Below are positions 22,701 through 29,270 of a stretch of DNA of 64,000 nt, piece by piece (position 1 is the stretch's first letter; the number at the start of each line of letters is the position of its first letter). The stretch spans positions 1 through 64,000 of the forward strand of contig JBDKFG010000013.1 in the NCBI GenBank assembly GCA_039798785.1, in the 5' to 3' direction. This stretch comes from Verrucomicrobiota bacterium. Its GTDB lineage: Bacteria; Verrucomicrobiota; Lentisphaeria; Lentisphaerales; Lentisphaeraceae. The notes beneath the pieces are model-generated. The model was not told the DNA's origin and ran no database searches. It saw nothing but the letters and a program-made list of their open reading frames with translations. Both the position numbers and the translations under genes were made by a program.

Positions 22701-25700
22701 ATGCTCCTGAGGCGCGCAATGCGGGCGCTGTCTACATCATCAAAGGAAGCCATCTCCAGAATCTGAAGGCTGATGCCGCCAATGTGGACGTCATTGACCT
22801 TTCCAAGCTTACCGAGGACATCGGCTTCGCCATTTACGGAGGCAAGAACGGTTATCAGCTCGGCACTGATGTCGTGCTCGGTTCCGATCTCAATGGCGAC
22901 GGCTATCGCGAGCTCCTGATTAGCGGCGCAGGTGAAGTCCAAATCGTCGATGGCGCGATGATTCACGCTATGCACAATCAGACCCGTCCTGGATCAGCCA
23001 TCTCCTTCGCAGGCTCCGAGGGGGCTGATACCTTTGTCTTGAATGCCGATGTCGATACGCTCGTCGGCGTCGAAGCTCGTGGAGGCTTCGACACCTTGAT
23101 CATCAAAGGCGCCAACGTCCGCTTTGAAGTCAGCCGCTTCAACATGGACGGCGTCGAGATGATTGATCTCTCCCAGGACCTCGATCCTGCGACGAATAAA
23201 GACCGGGCTCAGATCCTGGATGTCGATCGCCGCGATGTCCTGGCCATCCCCGATGCCTACGACCTCATGGATTACTCGGTCTTTGCCAGCTGGCTCAATC
23301 GCCAGAACAGCGACGTCGGCTTCTCGGCGATCAATTCCGCAACCGACTTCGATGGATTCTTCGAAAATGCTCTGCGGATCAAACGTACCCGAGCCGATAC
23401 CGTCAACCTTAATCAGTTCCATCAGCTCGGATATACCGATAACGACTCGCTGGACAACAATCTCCAGCCTGTGTCAGGCTTTGTCATCGTCACTAAGGAC
23501 GGTGTCGATTACGAAGTCTGGCAGAGCGATGCCGATGCCTTCGCCTTGGTGCTGCTCCAAAAACTGGCGCCGAACTCGGCTCCCACCGGCATCACCATCA
23601 CGGATAACGATGGCACGCCTTCGACTCTCGCCGTCATGGAGAACGCCGTCTTCAACACTGCTTCCGCCATCGTTGGTGACCTTGATGTCGTCGATGCGGA
23701 TGTCGGCGACGATCATACCTTCAGCGTCAGCGACAGTCGCTTTGAAGTGGTCGATGACGGCACCGGTCAGTGGATCTTGCGCTTGGTGGACGGAGCGAGG
23801 CTCGACCGCGAGACCGAACAGAGCGTAACTCTCACCGTAACCGCCACCGACTTGGCTGGCGTCAGCATCACCCGCGCCTTCACCATCGCTGTCGAGGATG
23901 ACCCGGCGGAACAGGTTCCCGGTGTCAACAAGAATGTCCTTCTCATCACCGAGAGCCAGCGCGTCAACGGCGCTACGCTCATCACTAACCAGATGATCCA
24001 GATGACTCCGCTTGCCGGGGAAACCAATGATCAGCTGCTCATCCGCATTGACCAGAACTATGTCGGCTTTGCCTTCCAGTACACCGATGGCGCCGTCGTC
24101 GCCTTGGCGACCAGCAATGTCAATCTCTCCGGTTTGACCACGATTGATGGACGTGCGCTCAACGCCGGCGAGCGGGTCTTGCTGGTTGGCCAGACTGATG
24201 CCTCTCAAGATGGTCTCTACACCGTCAGTACGGGTGCCTGGACGCGAGTCGTCGGAGAAGGCGAGATCGCCAATCTCAAGGGCGACTCCTATCAGGTCAC
24301 GGGCGGCACGCTCAACGGTGGCCACTCCTTCGCCTTGAGCACGGACGGAGCTGGTCTCAAAGCCACCGCTGACTCCTTCACCTACGCCCAGGTTCTGGCC
24401 GGCAAGGTCAGCCTCCTCACCGATGGCACCGGCATCGCTCCGGACATCAAGGTCAGCTTTGGCTCCTCGACTGCCGGCTTCAATTCTTCCGATTATCTCG
24501 CGGTCGAGATGCGAATGAAGAATTACAACATGGCCAGCGAATTCGACCTCAACTACAAGATCACCGGTTCGGCTGGGCGTCTGGTTGGCACCAAGCTCGG
24601 TGCCATGGCCAATGATACCGGCTTCTACATCATCGATGGCGAAGGTCTCATCTACACATTTATTGACTCTTCGGCCGACTTCCCGGAAGATGTCAACATT
24701 TGGGACAACCTCACTGGTGGTAACGCCTTGGTCGACCCGAACACTGGTCTCATCCCCGGCATGTCGAACGGTCTCACGGACGACCGCGCCGACAACGCCC
24801 AGTTCGGCTTGCATCTCGATGCTCTGGACGCCAACCGCGGTACCTTCGGTGATGCCCGCGGTGTCAGCCAAATCGTCGACATGGACTTCTTCGATACCCT
24901 GTGGGATGCCGACAATGACCTGGTCCTTGATGATCGTATTGCATTCACCATCTCTCTGAATGGCGGACGCATCCAATTCGATGCTTCGACGGTCACCAAC
25001 GGCATTCAAGCGGCTACCAATGGTTTCAATGCTGCCCATCAGCAGATCAACTACAATGGCATCGGCGATGGATTGCTGGCACAGAACGGCTTCGTCGCCC
25101 TGCCCTTCGCCGGCACCTCAATCGCCAACGCCGGTGACTATGATAACCGAGGTCAGGATGATCTCATCGTTGGTATGGCTGCCGCCAGCGTCCCAGGAGC
25201 TGATGGCGTCCAGCGCGCCGGTGCCGGTGCCGTCATCATGCTCTGGTCGGAAGGCCGCCGAGCCGTCGACGACTACCGTGAAACCAATGACAATAACCAG
25301 AATGGTGTCCGTCAAGGTCTTGATGGTAATCCTGATACTGATACTTGGAATGCCGGTGCTGATGACGGCGAGTGGGCGTACTACAATGATTCTTCTGCTG
25401 AAGGTACCGCAGCCGGCGCCGCCCGTTGGGCCGTCGCCATCGGCCACAGTGGACTGCAGACCACCGACGAGTCGGAATATGTCCAGATCCTCGGTGCTGC
25501 TGCCGGTGACCGCGCGGGTAGCGTCGTCGCTGGTGCAGGCGACCTCAACCACGACGGCTTCGATGAGTTCCTCGTCGCGGCTCAAGGCGTCGATGCCAAC
25601 GGCAACGCCGATGCGGGCGTGGTCTACATCCTCCGTGGTCAGTCGGTCCGCTCCACCATCGATCTGGCTCTGATGAACACCAATCTCGGCGTCAAGGTCA

Positions 25701-28700
25701 TCGGTGATGAAGTCAATGGACAGATCGGCAACGCCATGATGGGCGATGACTTTGATGGCGACGGTTATTCCGACGTCATCATCGCCGGCCAGCAGGTCGA
25801 TGGCAATGTCGGCAGCGATCCCGACAGGGGCGATTCCGGTGAGGTCTACATTCTGTGGGGCCAGCAGAACTTCTTCCAAGAGGACATCAACCTGGCTCCG
25901 GCGGAATTCGCCAGCAAAGGTCTACGCATCGTCGGTGCCGCAGCGGGCGACTTCTTCGGTAGCGCCATGACCCGGATGGATATCAATAACGACGGTCAGC
26001 TGGACTTCGTCATCTCAGCCAAGTTCGCCGATGCCAACGGCAAGACCGATGTCGGCGCCGTCTACGTGATCTACGGCGGAACCCACCTCAAGGGCCTGAC
26101 CACTATCGACACTGCCGATCTGGGCACGCTCGGCTTCGCCATCTTCGGTGAGTCTGCCAACGAACACTTCGGCAGCCTGGTCAGCAAAGGTGCCGACCTT
26201 AACAACGACGGCATTGACGAATTGCTGGTCAGTTCGGTCGACTACAACAACGGCGCAGGCCGCGTCCACGTCATCGACGGGGCGCTGCTGCGCGGCATGC
26301 AGAACGACCACGCCATCGCTTACACCGGCACTTTGCAGAACGATACTTACACATGGAACACCCAGGTCGATTATCTGGTCGGCTTTGAAGGTCGCGGCGG
26401 CGTTGATACCCTGGTCATTGCTGGCAACGGCAACATCGACGATCTTGAGCCTGCCGATGGCGTCAACGACACGGTCGACATCCAACGCTTCAACCTGTCC
26501 GGCCTGGACATCATCGATCTGCGGACCGATGCCGGCGCGCAGCGCATCAAGCTCGACCGCCGCGATGTCGTCACTCTTCCCGACGCTTACAAGCTCGACG
26601 ATGTTTCGATCTTCCTTGATCACGTCAGCCGCACTCCCTTGGCTCAGATCAGTATCATTGATCAGGTTGGAGTCGATAATCCCTCGATCTTCGAGTCTGC
26701 TCTCCGCATCCGTGGCAGCGCCACTGACGTGGTCGATCTCGGCTTCGTTGAAAATGCCTTCACCACTCCGGATGACGGCTTCACCAGCCGCGACCTCTTC
26801 CGCCGCATGAGCTTCGCCCCGATCGATGGCGGCGGCGCCAGGACCTTCGTCCAAAACGTCATCGACGGCGTGGTCTACGATGTCTGGCAGAGCCGTGTCG
26901 ATACCTTCGCCGTCGTCCTGATCGAAAGCGGCGTCCGTGTCCTCGGTGATGATGTTGGCAATATCGCACCAGCCTTCAACCTGGTCGCGCAGGCTGTCGC
27001 GACTCCTGAGGACCAAGCGTTCAACGGCACTTCCCCTGCCGCGGATGTCAACGCTGGCACCACCTTGGCCTACATCGTGGCCATCGATGGAACTCACGGT
27101 AGCGTCACCATTAATGCCGCCACCGGCGCATGGACCTACACTCCCGACACTGATTTCAATGGTGTCGACACCTTCACTGTCGGCGTCAGTGACGGCTTTG
27201 ACAGCGCCACTCAGGTGGTCACCGTCACCGTCAGCTCGGTGGATGATGCGCCTGCCGGAACGGACAAGATCTTCGCCATCCTGGCGGGACAGAGCCGTGT
27301 TCTCACCGCGGCCGACTTCGGCTTCACCGATCCCAAGGACGGTCTCGCCGGGAACGCAGTTCCCGCGAACACCTTCGCCAGCGTTCTCGTCACTGCAATT
27401 CCCAACGTGGCAGTGGGTTCGGTTACGGTGAACGGCGTGGCTGTTGCGAATGGCGCCACCATCACCTTGGCGGACATCAACAACGGCCTTGTCTCCTTCG
27501 TCCCTGCCGCTTTGACAGCCAACTCCGCGACCTTCACCTTCCAGGTTCGCGATAACGGCTCCGCCGCCTTGCCGAACGTCAACCTCGACGCCAGTCCCAA
27601 TACCTTGACTTTCAATGTCGATGTCAACCATGCGCCGGTTGCCGTGGCCTCCAAGGCGATCACCAATGTCGGCATGGATTACGTCTATGCGGCTAGTGAC
27701 TTCAAGTTCACCGATGCGGATGGCAACGGCTTGTCGAAAGTCAAGATCACCGCCTTCTCCGGAACCGGAACCTTGAAGTACGATGGTTCTGCCATCACGG
27801 TCCCTCAAGAAGTCACCCTTGCGGACTTCACTGGCGGCAAGCTGGTCTACACTCCAGCTGCGGGCAGCGGCACCGATCTGGCGTCGCTGAGCTTCCAGGT
27901 CGTCGACAACGGCGGCACTGCTGGCGTTGACGCTGCTGACACTTCGGCGAATACCGCGGTCCTGAGCATGGACGTCCGGGTCAACAACGCTCCCGCTGGC
28001 ACTGACCTCGTGGTCAGTACCAATGAGGGTGTCGCGCGTACCTTCATCGCAGCTGATTTCGGCTTCACCGATCCTGTTGATGCCTTGGCTAACGACGCCA
28101 ACAGCCTCAAGACTGTCCGCGTCACCGGCTTCGTCGGCGGCGGCTCCCTGACCTTGGGAGGGGGCGCCGTTCCGGCCTTCCCATTCGATGTCTCAGTCGC
28201 CGCGCTGTCGACCTTCGTCTACACCCCCGCAGTCAATGCCAACGGCTCGGCCTTCCTGAGCTTCCAGGTCATTGACGATGGTGGTGGCAACAATATCGAT
28301 CTGACACCGAATGCCTTGACCATCAACATCCTGCCGGTCAACGATGCTCCCGCCGGCGCGGATAAGACGGTCAACATGCAGGAAGATGGCGCCTATACAT
28401 TCAGCGCCGCCGACTTCGGCTTCACCGACAGCAACGACAGCCCGTCCAACATCTTCAGCAGCGTCTTCATCAACACCATCAACTACGGAGCCAATGATTT
28501 CAATCATGGCGGTTCTCTCACCCTCAATGGCGTGGCCGTGGTCAATGGTCAGGAGATTGCTGTCGGAGCCTTGGGTTCTCTCCTCTTCCGTCCGACCACG
28601 GATGAATTCAGCGGCGGTGTTGGTAACGGCAGCACCTACGCCAGTTTCACCTTCAGCGTCAAGGACAATGGAGGCACTCTCAACGGCGGTGTAGATGTCG

Positions 28701-29065
28701 ATGCCACTCCCAACACCATCAACCTGGTGGTCGCTCCGGTCGCCCCGGTGATCACCTCCAATGGCGGAGGCGCCAATGCTGCGATCACCATCAATGAGAA
28801 CACGACTGCAGTCACCACTGTCACCGCTACCGATGCTGCCGATCCCTTGCGCAGCTTCTCCATCGTCGGCGGGGCAGATGCGGCGAAGTTCAGCATCAAC
28901 GCCAATTCAGGCGTGCTGACCTTCCAGGTTGCACCTGACTTCGAGACTCCCTTGGATGTCGGTGCCAACAACGTTTATGATGTCAATGTTCAAGTCGTTG
29001 ATTCGGCTGGACTTGTCGATCTGCAGTTGCTGGCGATCACCATCCGGGATATCAACGGAGCTTGA
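10775..29065 (+). CDS. Giant 6096-aa surface/matrix protein: CSPG-like repeats, Ig-like and cadherin repeats, four FG-GAP (integrin-alpha-like) propeller super-modules, C-terminal cadherin-like repeats
   Basis: Uninterrupted 18.3-kb ORF with a GGAG RBS. Many GDLNGDGxxDLxIGA and AGAVYxxxG motifs, cadherin LDFE/ATD motifs and YTPxxNFNGTDSF repeats. Confidence 0.95.
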   Translation: MALGISLNLKLKEGEKVTLGQPSSKGSTELTFTGATPIPGTVITVSGLSNGKFFVNGVAKSSFTYADYLAGKVQFVHNGSEFAPKFTLSAKIGGSTVKFIQPVDSVHFENVNDAAVVIAKRIAIKEGVLTTLSSSSLSIKDAEQTSSQLKITLKSSAFEHYEIYKSGSLLSDEEGNNSFTYADVVAGKIKFRLMAGHYDSATNIAFTVDDQTGASNSRVDGHVLIQLKTATINVNSAPVVTPSAEKLSMALGGSSQLHVDSFPTVADDHGAPPAGLLVTVTKSAGVYFTIHGVKTPTFTMQDVAEGLVFINHDPKWTASLDFTLKFTDDMGKSSVTYSSSQLFQGGLNLDEIIVTGDAAIDNVVEHGSTLSGDLDAAVAAQPGLTFTYVLKTGTTYGTVVITDPATGAFTYVNDVNADTDSFVVTITASNGMTVDQVVIIDIVPENLAPTAPNVSLTIDEDSVAAITVLGSDPEGGPVSYSIETSPASGVVVATDANGHFSYTPASNFNGTDSFVVRIQDAGGKFSTATVTVTVDPINDAPVFTSPASYTVAEGSPLSGTLTATDLESSEFIYAATSSGPVHGTLSVLENGSFTYTPASNFAGTDSFVVSVSDGTDTTLQTITVTVTDDNADAPTGLLLTPSAVLEGAVGVDIGTLLGLDPDLNSSFTYELVNTAGSLEIVNGNLLRLKSGMSLDNTLDNGSSDLLSVQIKVKDGQNHESVQTVNISIADALRGPVFSTTAVTTDEDVIINGQLVASPAAGELVGAISYSKVTGPAHGNLTVNSDGSYVYTPAANYNGADSFVVRATSGSGAGTVSSTQTVSVTVNPVNDLPSLSVSSFSVPENLAGGSTIANLLSTDADANDTASFYLYSDLSGKFEIVGSALRLKAGESLDFESQSVYNLTVRVSDGNGDSVDVAVAVQVTNVNESPLAITLTPELADSATGLALVNENLLGGVVGTLSSTDADGSGDSANHVYSVNDARFEVVNKVLKLKSSAALDFELTQSLSLTVTATDLGGLRTSQSFTILVGDQDDLPHADKLQLNLDERVRNSDGSYAVDATMLHASMAGKVDSAIVFKITSLPNASTYFRLNGVKVAEFTQADVNAGKVTVVLDGTSMLPEIKISLGYRDLSGSGFGAIDFLPVEFTYGAFNTATLLDLNYEITGTAADATLGQSIWGDANYFLVGANEYRNSSGDFPEDILIGDNQSSDDRAGNVHAETLDGSRVSAAAVPGGKFVAKMSFYDAAAAGYQYNAEYLLNVNGAAATFFALPDSATPYTNGGSYSITGASVTAANAGDFDKRGLNDLIIADSKADVAGTDGVVRTDAGGAFLVWAEGNTAGAGAANTLAFVANKTDKSTHVQILGAKAGDQTGAALAGNLDMNGDGFSELAITAPMFDSAVSADVGAVYLLRGSSVTPTIDLAQGLGSNGIRIIGAEANGHIGNILLSGNYDRNFNLATANDRYGDLLIAAKDVDGSVSGQAERTDSGEVYLVWGSNSVYNADIKLDSTFTGLRIVGAKAGDALGSSMINAGDLNGDGFQDLFIGASGVDIGGKSNAGAVYVIWGGTHLKTAGKVIDLAKLDSSEGFAIYGEAAGDLFGSTIALGGDLNDDGVQELLVGGRNNGNANDGKVTVIDGALLKAIGKGAASGHALSYAGDSQDNTFAYDATTDYLVGAQGRGGFDTLAITGSNADVTIQRFNLSGIDLIDLNAEGRQSVTLDRRDVVQIGDGFDINSYSLYLDSLASQQAAGGAIVIPEDHFSTALRINRAAADGVNLQSFHRLSYIDNSNSAVNVTQVFDGITYDVYQSDTDEFAIVLIQQLPPNHAPSDLSLSPASVNENVNVDTLIGTLSATDIDAGDAHTFTVTDSRFEIRNGNQLWLKAGNAFDFESTPSVSLQITATDVGGLNVTKTISVAVNDQFERSVLKNKFELVIDERINALGEAYAEVVVTTEMLNLSANGVADLSTILVRVDSVVGGRFVNGTVNSATSFTMKDVVDQKVKFITDLSGRVPEIMVSLGVAGQAFEVSTHLPLQYSPVNYSLTNALDSNYKIIGTNKNITITNGQTEWDGTVNPANSTIIWASNSVLMIAGLAYNSGADFPEDVALLDNWDDDMRIDPEGTILFDLLDSGRINTVNPSPLRDLDTSIGTPITQMQFFDGPAQGIQYRSTFDIYMTESKIAFKGDINYDNVLDATEYWQLVSPDPMVHDYVDFTNANGFTFSSVASAGDYDKRGLNDMVIGLKNADFTGRADAGGAFLVWSEGNYAPDFTDADDGYTLQFDNPMTTDTWVFDRDTEQPKFVLSYVQILGATAGDAAGTAVAGGDMDRDTFSDVAISAPGFGANDAGAVYLLRGRSVTSTIDLANLNSSIGIKVTGANAGDQIGTSLASADFDGDGRQDLAIGSSFVDGSRNGIALSDAGEIDIVWGRDNLFTTGDINLGTGFTGTRITGGSANDQVGKTLFLYDIDGDGSQDLIIGSPNVDAAGLVDAGAVYIIWGGAALKNTSRIDLANLTVDQGIAIYGSKAGDAIGTKVVFGSDLNGDNFKELLISGNDQVHVFDGALIDAIRYNGAGVHDRPVFYSGQEQQLGTYYGDNTFSVNTDTDYLVGMDGRTGEDTLAINGLKTFTVSRFNLDGVEVLDLVQREGSGLPSVLDSQTKQTLVIDRRDPVDLIDSERQIAMVNAYSDFIRSGRVGADFSSCLRINRTAQDDVISSDFLGTPHLLEVGQQTQFQKLLDVNNNVVTQQVGATVYEVWQSTSDAQSLVLMQRLSDILGITLTGNTVTENVDGAPYNPALPLPQPGVIGTVNVLDNDADDSWTFSIAAPYDAKFEIVTTGSVGHWVHTLKLKDGVHLNFEQDPSILITITATDRQGHVKAESFTITVIDVPADITVANLVIPENVDGALISALTFTDPDHIADIASVTVSDSRFTAVKNGNVWELKLKPDVRFNREILNELDPNDVPGGDKWDDAIKGVQITVTDTDGKTFTKSFDFTIQDSDSGIVENFLGAMVSTLDLAAFEIPVGKTILAVTVNDNRFEVKQDTSGNYYLTLKAAYSLNFELEPSVTLNIQVTLNDNTAITRKYTFDVDDVSTLMTSTGNTIVENVLGAVVGNLDFVDPLLANVQSVTVNDSRFEVIESRGKYILKLKDNIALNYEALAPNYKVNLLISVTDKDGKVHSNLPLVVDVTDVNEAPYDLQFSNLSVVENAVAATIGTITVKDPDASDIWTFTVGDNRFEVVYSGGVYSLKLRDGISLDYEREQSVTFDVVVKDLGGAAGGFSYSESITVNVTNVLETAVSKDKFYLKVNERGNGGVIDVTTDMIDLSSGATADDKIVIRVDYSQGGHFTVDGVEAKVFTMADVAANKVDFVTDLSGRVPNIKLSLGVTTSTVEAAVFEAGIHLPVEYRPLNYSLGNEWDLNYVVTTAQPTFGAPLGAPVTTPPNTPYDTPVYSETWTAFSGEITVDDPDNAARAGSKWDLYTLDGVAAGTTMAIYIRHGSLFDPWVQVTDAAGNVIVEDDDTGAGNIEGTYDGVNPDNQTYDAYVTFDYQPGMIVRATTFRDWDAVSVPGARSGLGTYTLYTSAGEFIVYEPVNNAPVPGIWANSSALVINSMAYNVQADFPEDVTVWDNIDNDNRSGNIHIDSLDSARASAVTIPNGKAIVDMAFFDGPAAGVNSNADYTVYFSADTITLRADINYNGAVDVGEDAVNRLLTGGGFTSVANAGDFDNRGLDEILVGRSGATVDGREGAGGAFLVWAEGKAAADYALNFADPITTDETQYVQIIGANAGDAAGTAVAGAGDANFDGFDDILISATGFDVGGMANAGAVYLLSGLSVRATIDLADLSRNTLTNSTGTGIRILGGTANDAIGDKLASGDFDGDGYSDFVVGGSSLDGTLYRDANHNIVSRENSVYTDERSNSGEVYLIWGKQDIFSSGDISLAPGFEGTRGIRIVGAAKDDQLGTVMKNIGDIDGDGLDDLLISATGFDAPEARNAGAVYIIKGSHLQNLKADAANVDVIDLSKLTEDIGFAIYGGKNGYQLGTDVVLGSDLNGDGYRELLISGAGEVQIVDGAMIHAMHNQTRPGSAISFAGSEGADTFVLNADVDTLVGVEARGGFDTLIIKGANVRFEVSRFNMDGVEMIDLSQDLDPATNKDRAQILDVDRRDVLAIPDAYDLMDYSVFASWLNRQNSDVGFSAINSATDFDGFFENALRIKRTRADTVNLNQFHQLGYTDNDSLDNNLQPVSGFVIVTKDGVDYEVWQSDADAFALVLLQKLAPNSAPTGITITDNDGTPSTLAVMENAVFNTASAIVGDLDVVDADVGDDHTFSVSDSRFEVVDDGTGQWILRLVDGARLDRETEQSVTLTVTATDLAGVSITRAFTIAVEDDPAEQVPGVNKNVLLITESQRVNGATLITNQMIQMTPLAGETNDQLLIRIDQNYVGFAFQYTDGAVVALATSNVNLSGLTTIDGRALNAGERVLLVGQTDASQDGLYTVSTGAWTRVVGEGEIANLKGDSYQVTGGTLNGGHSFALSTDGAGLKATADSFTYAQVLAGKVSLLTDGTGIAPDIKVSFGSSTAGFNSSDYLAVEMRMKNYNMASEFDLNYKITGSAGRLVGTKLGAMANDTGFYIIDGEGLIYTFIDSSADFPEDVNIWDNLTGGNALVDPNTGLIPGMSNGLTDDRADNAQFGLHLDALDANRGTFGDARGVSQIVDMDFFDTLWDADNDLVLDDRIAFTISLNGGRIQFDASTVTNGIQAATNGFNAAHQQINYNGIGDGLLAQNGFVALPFAGTSIANAGDYDNRGQDDLIVGMAAASVPGADGVQRAGAGAVIMLWSEGRRAVDDYRETNDNNQNGVRQGLDGNPDTDTWNAGADDGEWAYYNDSSAEGTAAGAARWAVAIGHSGLQTTDESEYVQILGAAAGDRAGSVVAGAGDLNHDGFDEFLVAAQGVDANGNADAGVVYILRGQSVRSTIDLALMNTNLGVKVIGDEVNGQIGNAMMGDDFDGDGYSDVIIAGQQVDGNVGSDPDRGDSGEVYILWGQQNFFQEDINLAPAEFASKGLRIVGAAAGDFFGSAMTRMDINNDGQLDFVISAKFADANGKTDVGAVYVIYGGTHLKGLTTIDTADLGTLGFAIFGESANEHFGSLVSKGADLNNDGIDELLVSSVDYNNGAGRVHVIDGALLRGMQNDHAIAYTGTLQNDTYTWNTQVDYLVGFEGRGGVDTLVIAGNGNIDDLEPADGVNDTVDIQRFNLSGLDIIDLRTDAGAQRIKLDRRDVVTLPDAYKLDDVSIFLDHVSRTPLAQISIIDQVGVDNPSIFESALRIRGSATDVVDLGFVENAFTTPDDGFTSRDLFRRMSFAPIDGGGARTFVQNVIDGVVYDVWQSRVDTFAVVLIESGVRVLGDDVGNIAPAFNLVAQAVATPEDQAFNGTSPAADVNAGTTLAYIVAIDGTHGSVTINAATGAWTYTPDTDFNGVDTFTVGVSDGFDSATQVVTVTVSSVDDAPAGTDKIFAILAGQSRVLTAADFGFTDPKDGLAGNAVPANTFASVLVTAIPNVAVGSVTVNGVAVANGATITLADINNGLVSFVPAALTANSATFTFQVRDNGSAALPNVNLDASPNTLTFNVDVNHAPVAVASKAITNVGMDYVYAASDFKFTDADGNGLSKVKITAFSGTGTLKYDGSAITVPQEVTLADFTGGKLVYTPAAGSGTDLASLSFQVVDNGGTAGVDAADTSANTAVLSMDVRVNNAPAGTDLVVSTNEGVARTFIAADFGFTDPVDALANDANSLKTVRVTGFVGGGSLTLGGGAVPAFPFDVSVAALSTFVYTPAVNANGSAFLSFQVIDDGGGNNIDLTPNALTINILPVNDAPAGADKTVNMQEDGAYTFSAADFGFTDSNDSPSNIFSSVFINTINYGANDFNHGGSLTLNGVAVVNGQEIAVGALGSLLFRPTTDEFSGGVGNGSTYASFTFSVKDNGGTLNGGVDVDATPNTINLVVAPVAPVITSNGGGANAAITINENTTAVTTVTATDAADPLRSFSIVGGADAAKFSINANSGVLTFQVAPDFETPLDVGANNVYDVNVQVVDSAGLVDLQLLAITIRDINGA

Positions 29066-29104
29066 TGACGATTAGCGGTTCGGTTACATCCTGAACCTGC
29101 TGAA

Positions 29105-29140
29105 GCCGGGCCCGCTGAAAAGCGGGCTCGGTTTTTCTTG
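29105..29140 (+). terminator. Intrinsic terminator after the giant gene
   Basis: GCCGGGCCCGCT-GAAA-AGCGGGCTCGGT followed by a T-run. Confidence 0.85.
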
Positions 29141-29270
29141 CCTGGTAATGAGGTGTTTTTTCTTGATCCGCCAAATCTGAAATGTCATTGCGGCAGGGTT
29201 GAAGATTCTCCTCCGCCCGCTCTCTTACGCGGATGCATCCTCGTAAAAAATCATAGCAGGCAGGTGTGGC

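Noticed and set aside
24092..24345. Prophage remnant
   Set aside because: Only one in-frame phage-like domain inside a host gene; no other phage genes, integrase or att sites.
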